Numbered from the stretch's first letter, positions 28,373 to 38,314 are shown. The stretch: DNA of 64,000 nucleotides from an uncultured virus (IMG/VR IMGVR_UViG_3300029955_000017) (IMGVR_UViG_3300029955_000017), one strand, 5' to 3'. Translations and numbers: made by a program. The notes: generated by a model from the letters alone, not told the origin.

Positions 28373-30328
28373 ATGACGATGAACACCTATGACAACTCAT
28401 GCCGCGGACTCTACTCCTTCACGGCGGGCGCCGACCCCGACACTGGCATCGCCTATGACGCGCATCTCGAGCACCTCCCGTTGCTACAACAGTACGCCGA
28501 CGGATGGGTGGCTAACGCGCGCTCTACCGTGCCGATGACCGAGGAGGACCGAACGATCACGGAGGCGGCTGTCCGTGCCCAATACCGCAACGCGGGCCGG
28601 CCGGAGCCTAAGACGGTGGTCTTCGCGCGTGGTCCGGTGACTGGGCACGTAGCCGCTCGCATCGCGTCCGGGATTTGGTACCTGCGGCAGCACCCGGAGG
28701 TGCAAGTCAAGGTGTTTGGGCACCTGTTGTCGGATCGTGGGCTGAAGGACGCGATCCTGCCGACATGCCGTATCGCGTTCGGAGAGCCGGTGAATCGAGT
28801 GCTACCGAAGAGATCCGTTGCCGCCGATGCCGCTGCCGCTGTCGCTGCCGATGCCGCCGCTTACGCTGCCGCTTACGCTGCCGATGCCGATGCCGCTGAC
28901 GCTGACGCTGCCGATGCCGCTGTCGCTGTCGCCGCCGCCGCCGATGCCGCTGCCGCTGCCGCTGTCGCTGCCGATGCCGCCGCTTACGCTGCCGCTTACG
29001 CTGCCGCTGCCGATGTCGCTGACGCTGCCGCTGACGCTGACGCTGACGCTGCCGATGTCGCTGTCGCTGCCGCTGCCGCCGCCGATTCCGCTGTCGCTGC
29101 CGATGCCGCGGCCGATGCCGCCGCCGCCGCCTCTTACGCTTACGCTGCCGCTGCCGATGTCGCTGCCGCTGTCGCTGCCGCCGCCGCCGCCGCTGACGCT
29201 GCCGCTGCCGATGTCGCTGTCGCTGACGCTGCCGATGTCGCTGCCGCGTGGCCCCTGGTCCTGTTCCTTTTGCGCTGCTGCGGGTACTACCGATATTGGC
29301 GCCGGTGGACGGACGGCGGCAACTTGTGGGTCTGGCGGAAGGTGCGACTCGGCTTCTTCCGCGAGGTGGCCCAGCTCCCGATCGATTGGACGAAGTGGAT
29401 CCCGTACGAGGAGGCTGCGCGACACGCCGGGCCCCGATTCCACCGTGCGAACTTCGCGATCGTAAGTGACCGGTCTACCGCGTTTTGCCAGGACGATCGG
29501 AATCGACTGCACTGCGAAGATGGCCCGGCTCTCGCGTGGCGCGACGGGATCAAGCTCTACTACTGGCACGGCACCAAGGTCAGCCAGTGCCTGATCGAGG
29601 ATCCAGAGTCCTACTCTCGCGAAGAGATCATGGCGGAGCCCAATAGCGAGGTCGTTCGCGCGCTTGCGGAGCGAATGGGCTGGGACGCGTTTCTCGAGCG
29701 CGTCGGAGCAACCGTCGTGGATCGTGGCGTGGACGAGCACACGGAGCTTGCGTATGAGCTGCTGGCGCTAGACCACAAGTTCGGCGACAAGCAGCCGAAA
29801 CTACTGCGCATGCAGTCACCGGTTGAACACGACGGATCGCAGCCCCGGTACGCCGAGACCATCCCCTCCGAGATCGCGACGTGGCAGGCGGCTCGCGCCT
29901 GGAAATTCCCGCGCCCTGACGGATCGTGGCCGATTGCGGCGGAGTGCAACGCCGATCCGCGACTCGTTTTCGCCTACGAGGACGGGATCGCGGTCAGCGG
30001 CGAGACGACGCACTACGCGCGACAGGGAGACGTGTGTATCCAGGTGATCGAACCCATATCGCTCGAAGGCCGCACAGAGGTACCGCGCGCCGCGGAGGGG
30101 CTCGTACTGCGGCGTGGCACCGCCGCGGGTAACGCGCATGTAATTCGAGAAAATGGAGCTCGTCTCTACACGCCAGGAGACGTCAAGGGATCGACGCTGC
30201 TCATCGTCGACGCGGCTGTGGCTCTTGAGCACGCACAGCACTTCGACGTACCCTTCGTGCCGCAGTGGTATCGGATCATGCCGGCGCGGACTGGCACCGA
30301 CGAGGCGTGGGCAGCCGTCGAAGACTAG
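28373..30328 (+). CDS. DUF6745-like protein with Ala-rich insert and fused C-terminal RQGDV domain
   Basis: RLHCEDGPALAWRDG..LYYWHG and EPNSEVVR motifs; GAGGAG RBS. Confidence 0.7.
   Translation: MTMNTYDNSCRGLYSFTAGADPDTGIAYDAHLEHLPLLQQYADGWVANARSTVPMTEEDRTITEAAVRAQYRNAGRPEPKTVVFARGPVTGHVAARIASGIWYLRQHPEVQVKVFGHLLSDRGLKDAILPTCRIAFGEPVNRVLPKRSVAADAAAAVAADAAAYAAAYAADADAADADAADAAVAVAAAADAAAAAAVAADAAAYAAAYAAAADVADAAADADADAADVAVAAAAAADSAVAADAAADAAAAASYAYAAAADVAAAVAAAAAAADAAAADVAVADAADVAAAWPLVLFLLRCCGYYRYWRRWTDGGNLWVWRKVRLGFFREVAQLPIDWTKWIPYEEAARHAGPRFHRANFAIVSDRSTAFCQDDRNRLHCEDGPALAWRDGIKLYYWHGTKVSQCLIEDPESYSREEIMAEPNSEVVRALAERMGWDAFLERVGATVVDRGVDEHTELAYELLALDHKFGDKQPKLLRMQSPVEHDGSQPRYAETIPSEIATWQAARAWKFPRPDGSWPIAAECNADPRLVFAYEDGIAVSGETTHYARQGDVCIQVIEPISLEGRTEVPRAAEGLVLRRGTAAGNAHVIRENGARLYTPGDVKGSTLLIVDAAVALEHAQHFDVPFVPQWYRIMPARTGTDEAWAAVED
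28818..29247. repeat. Low-complexity codon repeat (GCC/GCT/GAT/GAC/TAC/GTC) encoding an A/D/V/Y tract
   Basis: Directly visible ~430-bp degenerate trinucleotide array. Confidence 0.95.
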
Positions 30329-30372
30329 CGTCCGTACGTTGGGCTTAGTGAGCGAAGGGAGGGCGAAGGACC

Positions 30373-30675
30373 TCAGCCTGCTTGAGGCGCAGCGGGCGGG
30401 TTCAGGATGGCATTGATCGAGGGCATGAGCGTCGCAACGGGGTCGACGCCGAGAGCCTTCATGTTCAGCGCCATCCAGCTCAGCGTCGTGGTGATGCTGC
30501 CTTGTGCGTCCGACGTGAACTTCGTGAGGACGGGGGCGGCAGCGTTCTGGGCTGCCGTGAGGGCAGCCTGGGCCGCATTGATGTTGTTGATGGCGGTCTG
30601 AAGCGCTACGCCGTCGGTCTGCAGAACGCCTTCGGCGGTTTCGACGTCATTGAGCGTGGGCGAATTATTGGGCAT
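30373..30675 (-). CDS. hypothetical Ala/Thr-rich helical protein
   Basis: AAGGA RBS before MPNN. Confidence 0.65.
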   Translation of the reverse strand: MPNNSPTLNDVETAEGVLQTDGVALQTAINNINAAQAALTAAQNAAAPVLTKFTSDAQGSITTTLSWMALNMKALGVDPVATLMPSINAILNPPAAPQAG

Positions 30676-30737
30676 TGGTGAATCCTTTCGCCCGTAGGCT
30701 AGCGCCTCCTTCCTTATTTTGGGAATACGTTTTCGAA

Positions 30738-30767
30738 TTGTCACCGTCTTGAAACGATTGGTAGGTT
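30738..30767 (+). promoter_or_regulatory. sigma70-type promoter TTGTCA-N18-(TGg)TAGGTT, leaderless
   Basis: 7 nt before ATG 30775; no RBS. Confidence 0.6.
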
Positions 30768-30774
30768 TCGGGTC

Positions 30775-31056
30775 ATGTCATCTGTAACGAATATACAGGC
30801 ACGAGGCATTACATCAGCGGATCTGAATGAGTTGGTGATTCAAGCAGCGCTGGCAAAAGCGGCGCGAATTAACCGGGAAGGGCTGAGTGAACAAATCTTC
30901 TTTTTGAAGTCCGAGGGCATGCTTGACAGCCAACTTCTGGCGGCGGCCGTAGCGCGGCGTGATGCGCGGGAAGAAGCCGCGGCACCGGTAGCGCAAGAAG
31001 AGCTGCGAACGCTATATCAACGCGTGGCCGGCTACGACCCCGAGGAGAGCAAATAG
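30775..31056 (+). CDS. hypothetical protein
   Basis: Promoter-adjacent start. Confidence 0.65.
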   Translation: MSSVTNIQARGITSADLNELVIQAALAKAARINREGLSEQIFFLKSEGMLDSQLLAAAVARRDAREEAAAPVAQEELRTLYQRVAGYDPEESK

Positions 31057-31117
31057 CGGACAACGTCAAGCGCATGACCCGGTTCAAGCTCGCCGTTTTG
31101 AAGGAGGTCGCGACGCT

Positions 31118-31435
31118 ATGAGCATCGTAAAGCCCACGGAGAACGAAGTGTTTGTTCTCGTGAACATCCCCCTTGCGGCGGGCTTCGATAAGTACGACGC
31201 AGCCTCGCTGCGCTTAATGACGAAGTACTATGCCGCCAAAGAAGAAGATCCGCCGCAAGAGCTTCGCAGCCAAGATACTCTAGCGGCATACCGTACCCAC
31301 GATCGCTTGAAGAGCACCGAACGAGCGGTAGCTCTACGCAGGCATCGGCCCGTCAGCTTTGCGTTAGCCACGATGGTTCATTTGGAGGATGGGACGTCGC
31401 TCATCGAACGTAAACGTCTACGAAAGAGATATTAA
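31118..31435 (+). CDS. hypothetical protein
   Basis: AAGGAGG RBS. Confidence 0.7.
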   Translation: MSIVKPTENEVFVLVNIPLAAGFDKYDAASLRLMTKYYAAKEEDPPQELRSQDTLAAYRTHDRLKSTERAVALRRHRPVSFALATMVHLEDGTSLIERKRLRKRY

Positions 31436-31960
31436 GTGAGCCAGCCTCTGTGGAAGTACAGGCAACTGAAGAACGACAACAAGCTGCTGTGCGTGGATCA
31501 TTCGCTTACGCGGCGCCACTGTCCTGAAATTCTTATAGCTGAAGAAATTAACGACACGGACCCCAGCAGGTTCGCGGTGTTCCGGGTACCTCTTGAGCGT
31601 TTGCAGTTGGGCGCGGATGGTCGCCTTGTGGATGTCATCGATGGCAAGGGGCAGCCACACACCGTTTGGTTTGAAGACGACGTACATAACTCCGCGAAGT
31701 GCGGGAACAAGCCCGGGCCATGCGCGACGTGCCACAAGTACATCAGCCATTCCTTAACAGCCGCTGCGGAAACGGCGGGGGTCTATTTCATCGGAAGCTT
31801 GCGTAAGCAGTTCTGTGCGTCAAACGTTCTTACGCGATGGCGAGCCTACGAGGTTGTTGCGGGTTATCAAGGCTGGATGCCCTTCGACCCGTACCCGAAA
31901 GAGCTGACGGAAGAGGATTTCGAACACTACTGGGCGCTATTACCAAGAGAGGGGGCGTAG
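31436..31960 (+). CDS. hypothetical protein
   Basis: Abuts upstream stop. Confidence 0.65.
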   Translation: MSQPLWKYRQLKNDNKLLCVDHSLTRRHCPEILIAEEINDTDPSRFAVFRVPLERLQLGADGRLVDVIDGKGQPHTVWFEDDVHNSAKCGNKPGPCATCHKYISHSLTAAAETAGVYFIGSLRKQFCASNVLTRWRAYEVVAGYQGWMPFDPYPKELTEEDFEHYWALLPREGA

Positions 31961-31965
31961 ACAAC

Positions 31966-32880
31966 ATGAGTGACGATGAAACGCAGCAGTCGGCGAAGAT
32001 CGTCATCGGGAGGAAAGAAATGACGCTGAATAGAGTCTTGATCTTGGATACCGAGACAACGGGCTTGGAAGAAGATGCGGTGTGCATCGAGGTCGCCGTG
32101 GCGCTCTACAGCGTGAAGCACGGAGCGGTCATCGAAACGTACTCATCACTGATTCGTCATAACGCCAACCCCGCCGAAGCCATCAACGGAATCCCCGTTG
32201 ATATTCTCCTAACTGCTCCGGAGTGCGATTGGGTATGGAAGAAGGTGCGTGCGCTGGTGTACGAAGTCGATGCGATTGTGGCGCACAACGCGGCTTTCGA
32301 TAGGCGCTTCGTACCCATGACAGTAACCTGTTATACCCCCTGGATCTGCTCGTGCGACGACCTCATTTGGCCGAAGGCCCCGAAGCCGGGCATGAACCTC
32401 GTGGGCTTGGCCCTAGCGCACGGGCTCGGCGTGGCCCACGCCCACCGAGCAGCCGCGGACGTTGAGCTCCTCTGCCGGCTCCTTACGCGCGTGCGGGAGA
32501 CGGTGGGCAGCTTGGAGCCCTTTCTTCGCTATGGCCTGCGCCCCAAGGCGCTCTTCCAGGCGCTCGTTCCCAAACCTGGGGCCGAAGCCAAGGCCGCGGG
32601 CTTTCGCTTCGATTGGGACACCCGGCAATGGCTGCGCACCATGGCGGTAGAGGACGCGGCTAAGCTGCCGTTCAAAACCCAGGAGGTCACCCGTGAAGGC
32701 GTTAAACGTGCGCTGTGTAAGAAGCACGAACACTCGGCCACGGTGACCGTACGTTGTCCTGTGTGCAAGGCCAGTAGGAACATCAAGCCGTACGAATTCG
32801 CCGCCGATGACTTTCCGCTGTGTGAAAAGGATGGCAGTCCCATGCTGCCCGTGAAAGCAGCGTCGGCACCCAACGCATAA
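31966..32880 (+). CDS. DEDDh 3'-5' exonuclease (DnaQ/epsilon-like) with C-terminal Zn ribbon
   Basis: LDTETTG, VAHNAAFD and HRAAADV motifs; CPVC...CEKDG. Confidence 0.9.
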   Translation: MSDDETQQSAKIVIGRKEMTLNRVLILDTETTGLEEDAVCIEVAVALYSVKHGAVIETYSSLIRHNANPAEAINGIPVDILLTAPECDWVWKKVRALVYEVDAIVAHNAAFDRRFVPMTVTCYTPWICSCDDLIWPKAPKPGMNLVGLALAHGLGVAHAHRAAADVELLCRLLTRVRETVGSLEPFLRYGLRPKALFQALVPKPGAEAKAAGFRFDWDTRQWLRTMAVEDAAKLPFKTQEVTREGVKRALCKKHEHSATVTVRCPVCKASRNIKPYEFAADDFPLCEKDGSPMLPVKAASAPNA

Positions 32881-32910
32881 ATAGCGGTGTGCGCGGGTAT
32901 AACCGTCAGG

Positions 32911-33252
32911 ATGAAGGCGCCTCCCGCTAAAAGAACCGCGCGTCGACGCTGGTTCATTTCGAAAGACAAGAGCCCGACCCATTGGGTCGGGCCTTTCTTT
33001 GACAAAAACGAAGCCACCCAATTCGGTGTACAGCTCTTCTGCAGCCAAGCCTACAGCCCTCATTTCTTTTATGTCCGTTGCTTTCGTGAGAGTACGGACA
33101 ATCTATGGGCTTTTGCTCTTGAAGAACCAAAGCGTGGGCGTAAGCCCAAGAACTCGCCGAAGTACAAGATACTCACGCGCGCCTACGCAGGCGTTTGGAT
33201 CCCGTTATACAAAGCAACCAAGATCCTCATTCAGGAATACGCGGGAGGGTAA
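32911..33252 (+). CDS. hypothetical protein
   Basis: Follows GGTATAAC motif at 32896-32903. Confidence 0.6.
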   Translation: MKAPPAKRTARRRWFISKDKSPTHWVGPFFDKNEATQFGVQLFCSQAYSPHFFYVRCFRESTDNLWAFALEEPKRGRKPKNSPKYKILTRAYAGVWIPLYKATKILIQEYAGG

Positions 33253-33254
33253 AC

Positions 33255-33434
33255 ATGACGCCGGTTGTAACGAAAGAGCCGGGACAAGTGGCTTACGAAA
33301 AGCACAAGCAGCTATTGGACGCGGGGGATGAAAAGCGGTCGGTGCTGGGAGAGTGGCATGCTTTGACGCCTCCCGTTCAGCGTCATTAGGTGCTCGTAGA
33401 GAAAGCAGTGCACGACACCTATGGCGCGCCTTAG
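33255..33434 (+). pseudogene. Small gene interrupted by in-frame TAG at 33387
   Basis: GGAGG RBS; PGQVAYE...W..L...RH*VLVEKA; read-through frame overlaps the next start. Confidence 0.45.
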
Positions 33435-33711
33435 CCTTACGTGGGAAGCCGACGAGACGCCACCTTACGCTTTCTGTGAGCTCGTCTTTGCGACGAGCCT
33501 CAGGCCCTGGTGTATTCGTAAGCTTGGAAAAGCGGGGCTCAAGCTGGGCGGCGGCATTGACACGCCGTCGCTCTGCGGACGGGTCCAGCCATCGTGTACA
33601 AGCGGCGGCAAAGGTTCTGGGGGTTGGGACAACAGCGTGCGTATTATGCCGCAGCATCTAACGCATTGTTGCGCAACGTGTCGAGCGATCTATAAAAGGG
33701 AAACGGTATGA
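33421..33711 (+). CDS. small Cys-rich hypothetical protein
   Basis: SLCGR...CCATC; ATGA coupling. Confidence 0.6.
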   Translation: MARLSLTWEADETPPYAFCELVFATSLRPWCIRKLGKAGLKLGGGIDTPSLCGRVQPSCTSGGKGSGGWDNSVRIMPQHLTHCCATCRAIYKRETV

Positions 33712-34243
33712 GTGAAGCAAGCGTAGAAGAAGACCTCGCCTTTCTTACTGAGGCAGAGAACGTGCTCCAAAGCAGCAGGCCGATTCTGTGGGACGAGGAA
33801 TGCGTCCGTGTTCATGCCTTGGCGGCAGAGCCCTACCCATTCCTCGTGAGCCGGACGGACTTGCGTCGCCTGATTGCTCGAGCGCGTGTGCGCGTGTGCG
33901 CGTTCTTGCGCGCGTGCAGTGGCCTGCTACCCCTGCTGTGGCACCCGTAGCAATCGGCGACTTGTACATCTGGAAGGCTTTTCGATACACGCGTTTTTGG
34001 GGTCAGCTCTGTAAAGTCGTTTCTGTGCACGCTTGGCTGCCGAACAACGACGCTTACTTTCTACAAATTGTAGGAGATGCACCCGAGCCGTTCTTTGTTA
34101 CCACTACGCTACTACATGACACACGCTTTTGGCTTCCATGGCCGCAGCCATGGCCGCAGCCATGGCCTAAACCACGTCCTGCCCTCCATGAATTGATTAG
34201 AGAGGCAATGGCAGGCCGACGAAAGAGGCGTTTGTATGAGTAG
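33708..34243 (+). pseudogene. Gene split by an 8-bp tandem duplication
   Basis: GCGCGTGT x2.75 at 33882-33903; removing one unit joins ORFs 33708 and 33788. Confidence 0.6.
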
Positions 34244-34643
34244 CCGCGCGAAGTGGGTTACGAACATTGTTATGCAGGCACTTCGTGCTGGGGGCCTTAG
34301 TCTTAACGAAAGCCAAGCGTGCGACATCGACACGATGTTTCATAAAGACGCCCCGAAGTACAGGGAACAACTTGTAAAAGTGTCGGAGCTCGTTACCGCG
34401 GCTATCGCAGAGTGTGACGAGCAGCAAGGGTCTACGCGTACGCCCACCGTCGTTCATTATTGTGACTATGCTTCTCAGTCTGACATTCGTATTTGCTGTA
34501 CGCAGCGACTGACGCTCCCGCTCTGGAACATGAAGGAAACGGGCCCCGTATGGAGTGCTTCGCATGGTATGCTGTACGCCTTCGAGAAAGCTTTTGTAAC
34601 CTGCCGCTTGTGCCAAGTAACCCTGCGGCGAAAGGAGGAGTAG
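34236..34643 (+). CDS. hypothetical protein
   Basis: Coupled; C-terminal VTCRLC. Confidence 0.65.
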   Translation: MSSRAKWVTNIVMQALRAGGLSLNESQACDIDTMFHKDAPKYREQLVKVSELVTAAIAECDEQQGSTRTPTVVHYCDYASQSDIRICCTQRLTLPLWNMKETGPVWSASHGMLYAFEKAFVTCRLCQVTLRRKEE

Positions 34644-34644
34644 C

Positions 34645-35119
34645 ATGCCGGGTAAAGCCTGGACCGACGCTGAGTTTCTGACCTACGTCGAGCATCATTC
34701 ACAAACGGAGCGCGCGATCTTTTGCCGGGAGCACCTCCTGCGCTTGTTCGAGCTGGCGGGGTCGACGCAAAAGATTCCTGAGGAAGCCGCCTTCCTAGAG
34801 CTGCACTACGACAACGCACGTGTGTGTGTGTGTTGATATAGCGCGTGCGCGTCTTGGGGATGGCGTGTCTGATACGGCTTTCTTGCGCAATCTCGAAATC
34901 AATGCCAAAGCGGGCATGAACACCTACAACTACTACCATCTGCTGCGCCTCTTTGCGCTTTCGGGCGATATCTTTCCGTGTCAACGGCCGACACTGGATG
35001 TGGTCATGCCCCCGAACAACGTGTTGACCATGGTCAAAACAGCGCGGGAGCGGGGGCGCCCGAAGCTCGTATTGGTCCACAGCACCTCGAAAGCGTCCGA
35101 GGGAAATACCCGTGGGTAA
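34645..35119 (+). pseudogene. Two-repeat protein gene frameshifted at a (GT)7 tract
   Basis: AGGAGG RBS; (GT)7 at 34820-34833; the two halves are paralogous. Confidence 0.65.
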
Positions 35120-35377
35120 ACGCGTGCGCCTGCGTCGGAAGCGCATTAAGAGGGCGCTGCACCTGGAAGTATCCGAGGATCGGCCGGAATCCCTTGCCGT
35201 CTTGCACAAGCAGGTTAAGTCCGGTCAGTGCATTAGCGACCGAGATCCTGCAGACGCTGAACAAGGCCGCCATCGACGACATCTATACGTAGGACGATGC
35301 TAACTTCTTGGCGCTCATCAGTTACGCCGTTCGGTTCCTGTAGGTGCCACAGTGACCCTTAGCGAGGACAGGTAATC

Positions 35378-35768
35378 ATGGCTAACGAAGTACTGACCCT
35401 TGAGCTTCATGGCGATACGTGGGAGCTGCCTGATATCAGTGAAAAGCGCGTTCGCAATTCTTATGAGGAGAACGTACGGCGAGCGCGCGCGGGTTTATGG
35501 AACGCCGTATCCGCCTGATGCGTTTCGAGGCGCTGCCGTCGATACCCTGCGCCTCGATGACGCCGCGAAGTGGACGGAGGGCCCTTGCGCAGGAGCGCCC
35601 CCGGCGCCCGTTCCGGGGGATTATTTGAAGCGCGCGGGCGTTGACAGGGGCATTGGCCCCGACGAAACGGTTGTTCAAGCCTTCGTACGTCTTGCACGCC
35701 AACGCGGGGCAACGAACACTTACGAGGGTCTCTTGGGCGCGCTTATGCGCGCGGGGGTACGTCGGTGA
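35378..35768 (+). pseudogene. Possibly frameshifted hypothetical gene
   Basis: RBS-led MANEVL frame stops near 35519; +1 frame continues after a (GC)4GGG run at 35483. Confidence 0.35.
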
Positions 35769-36052
35769 CCAACGACAGAGCGAACGAGATTCTGGCCCGC
35801 ATGGCCGCTATGTTTCGTAAACAGGGGTATGCTCCGAAGCAGTTTCGCAGAGCTGATCTCCACCCGAGCCCTGCGGAAGCACGCGAGCACGCGCATTGGA
35901 TGGCGCTTGAAGCGTTGACTATACCCGCGGATAAGATCGGTACGAAGTTTACGTGGATCGGTTGGATTCAGTGCACGCTGTGGCAGATGGGTGGTTTCTC
36001 CATCGACGAGATGCGGGCGATGAACATGCCTGTATTGTCAACCACGGGCTAA
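35765..36052 (+). CDS. hypothetical phage protein
   Basis: HAHWM...WIGWIQC.L...SIDEMRAMN pattern; GTGA coupling. Confidence 0.7.
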   Translation: MTNDRANEILARMAAMFRKQGYAPKQFRRADLHPSPAEAREHAHWMALEALTIPADKIGTKFTWIGWIQCTLWQMGGFSIDEMRAMNMPVLSTTG

Positions 36053-36093
36053 AAGAACGAAGTCCAACAGCGACTTCATTCCCCCCTACTGCT

Positions 36094-36288
36094 CTAAGCC
36101 ACGTGGCGTGGCTTGCGCTGAACGACAATACGGTAGTTGCTGCTCACGTCGCACTTGCGCGCTTGGGCATTGAATAGCTCAAACATGCGTGGCCGTTGCC
36201 ATGGACGCGCCGGGTGCTCCACAATCTCCAAGATGTGGGGCACCCGATTGTGATACATGCGCTTCAGCTTCGTGATATTCACGCTCAC
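36094..36288 (-). CDS. hypothetical protein
   Basis: GGAGG RBS; promoter TAAAA-N14-GGCATAAC at 36302-36328; hairpin + TTCTTTTAGC downstream. Confidence 0.65.
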   Translation of the reverse strand: MSVNITKLKRMYHNRVPHILEIVEHPARPWQRPRMFELFNAQARKCDVSSNYRIVVQRKPRHVA

Positions 36289-36327
36289 CTACCTCCCTAC
36301 TGTTATGCCTGACCGCCGGGTATTTTT

Positions 36328-36582
36328 ATGAATGTGGCGCAGAACAACCGCAAGCGTCCGAAGGGCCTCTCTTTTTTCATAGCTAGCGAACAGGTCAAGA
36401 ACTACCTCGATGAAGTGGTCGAGCGGCGGGATGACTGTACGAACTACGAGACGTGCCTGTTCAACTTCGAGGGGCGCACGCGCGCGTACTGCCCGAAGGA
36501 GTGCGAGCATTACAAGGAGTGGAAGCCCCGCATTGAAAGCTATATGAGCTCGAACCGCTCGAACTGGGACACGGTGGAATAG
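36328..36582 (+). CDS. small Cys-containing protein
   Basis: C..Y..C...CPKEC. Confidence 0.6.
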   Translation: MNVAQNNRKRPKGLSFFIASEQVKNYLDEVVERRDDCTNYETCLFNFEGRTRAYCPKECEHYKEWKPRIESYMSSNRSNWDTVE

Positions 36583-36996
36583 ATGAAGACAAGGGAAGAG
36601 ATGACCCACGGGCTAGCGGCAGCTGCCATCGCGTGCAAGGCGTTAACAGAGCAAGAGCCGACCACGTTCAACGAGGATGGCGTTTCGAAAGAGGTTACGG
36701 ACCTTTACGCAGCGGCGGCCCCTCAGAACCTCAACGCGTTGATGCGCCGTATTTCGCGGGAGAACTACGCCGCGGGCTGGCGTTATGATCTCGAAGTACT
36801 CTTGTGGGGTATACTTCAACGCGATTTGCCGAACACCGCGTATGTTGATCCAGTAGACTTAGAGCACCTGCGCCGCCTTGCATCTGCTTCTGGGGGTTGG
36901 TTCAGCATGAACAAGCCATTTGCATTTGAGGCTTATTTTGTTCCAATGGATGAGTGGCAGCGGGAGTACGCTCTGCGTAAAAAATCGTTGTTCTGA
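36583..36996 (+). CDS. hypothetical protein
   Basis: ISRENYAAGW..LE..LW...LA..SGGW pattern. Confidence 0.7.
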   Translation: MKTREEMTHGLAAAAIACKALTEQEPTTFNEDGVSKEVTDLYAAAAPQNLNALMRRISRENYAAGWRYDLEVLLWGILQRDLPNTAYVDPVDLEHLRRLASASGGWFSMNKPFAFEAYFVPMDEWQREYALRKKSLF

Positions 36997-37328
36997 AAAG
37001 CTCTGGAGTGGGCACCGGCCTCCACCGGTGTAAGGCGCTAGATACCCGCTCGTGCCGTTGTACCCGTAGGTCATCGCGGGATACGTGAGTGTTGGGGCCC
37101 AGCGCCTCCCCGCATCGATCGTTTTCCATGTTGGATCGATGCGGGGCCTCCGAGGGAGCCGCCTCAACTTCGTGCACGAGTAACGCGATCGCGCTGACGA
37201 GAACGGTCAGCTCGGTCATAACGATGAGATGGTTCACACGACCGGGCATGCTCGCGTTCGATGCTCGAGCGCGTGCAAGCATCGCGGAAGAACCTTCTTC
37301 TTTTAGGCATAAGAAGCTTGGAGAAATC

Positions 37329-37565
37329 ATGTCCGAGAAGAAGGATTCCGAGAATGTTGTATAGTACAAGACTACGTCGGCGCGTTGGAGCGAAGCGACG
37401 GGCGTGACGCCGCGCACGATCGCGGGAGCAGTGGTCCCCGATCCGATCGTCCCCGAGGGGGAGGGTTGGGTTCTGTGCGGTAACGCGGTGCTACCCGCAC
37501 GCATCTTTTGGTTTTGGGCGCGGTGCCTTCCTGTAAAGAGTGAGGAGTCTTCTGCCGTACGCTAG
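37329..37565 (+). pseudogene. DUF4177-like small gene with in-frame TAG at 37362
   Basis: Promoter GGCATAAG at 37306 and GGAG RBS; VV*YK...GEGWVL...WFWAR. Confidence 0.5.
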
Positions 37566-37568
37566 GGC

Positions 37569-37823
37569 ATGGACCTCAAGATTCCCTTCGGTGAGATCGA
37601 CGGCCTCGACGCTTCGTTCACGTTCAAGCAAAAAACCGATGGTATTCCAGGGCGGGATCTGGAGGAAGGCATGGCGCAAGACCGCGCTGCGGCGCTGGAC
37701 GCGGCGGTGTTCGAGGGAGCACCGGCCGTTATCGAGGACGACGACGTGACCGCGAGCACGTTGGATATGGGTAAGAAGTTGATGACAGCACTCCAGAAAG
37801 GGCGCAGGGACAAGGGTCTATGA
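37569..37823 (+). CDS. hypothetical protein
   Basis: TACGCT-N5-ATG. Confidence 0.6.
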   Translation: MDLKIPFGEIDGLDASFTFKQKTDGIPGRDLEEGMAQDRAAALDAAVFEGAPAVIEDDDVTASTLDMGKKLMTALQKGRRDKGL

Positions 37824-37962
37824 TGAACAGCGAGCTGGCCGACGAGATCATCGCGAGGCGGGGGACTTGGGCGCAGGTGCCCGCACCGCCATCAAATTCA
37901 TCGCGAACATCAGCGTTTCTAGGTGGCTGACCGAAAAACTGAGGCGACTGCGGTAATCGCGC

Positions 37963-38015
37963 GCTAAAGAAAACGCCGTGGAGCAACCCCGGGCGGGGGG
38001 AGCATCCACGGCGTC
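37963..38015 (-). terminator. Long hairpin ACGCCGTGGA/TCCACGGCGT + TTTCTTTAGC tail
   Basis: 10-bp stem between convergent genes. Confidence 0.65.
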
Positions 38016-38029
38016 ACCTTCTTCTACGC

Positions 38030-38314
38030 CTAACGCGGAAGCCCCGCCAGCTTCTTAGCGCTCCAGCGTACATCGGCGAGCCAGGCGCCTTGGGCGCGCC
38101 CATCGCTCTGCTGGGGCTCGACCCGGCGGGCCGCCGCGCGGTCGATGACATGCAGGGATGCGCCCCAGGCGACCAAGAGCAAGCGCTCGGGCTGAAGCTT
38201 GAGAACTTCTTCTAAAGAGTGGACCCAACCACGCTCGGCCGGCGTGAGGGGTTCCACGTCGGTCAGCAGGTCGTCTTTGGTGGCTTCCGTGCGACCGTTG
38301 ATGAAGCGCGGCAT
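38030..38314 (-). CDS. hypothetical protein
   Basis: TGgTAGCCT-N7-ATG. Confidence 0.65.
   Translation of the reverse strand: MPRFINGRTEATKDDLLTDVEPLTPAERGWVHSLEEVLKLQPERLLLVAWGASLHVIDRAAARRVEPQQSDGRAQGAWLADVRWSAKKLAGLPR

Noticed and set aside
28802..29740. Alternative-frame and antisense ORFs (GSGSVS..., MPLPL...)
   Set aside because: Shadows of the Ala-rich codon array in the real + strand gene
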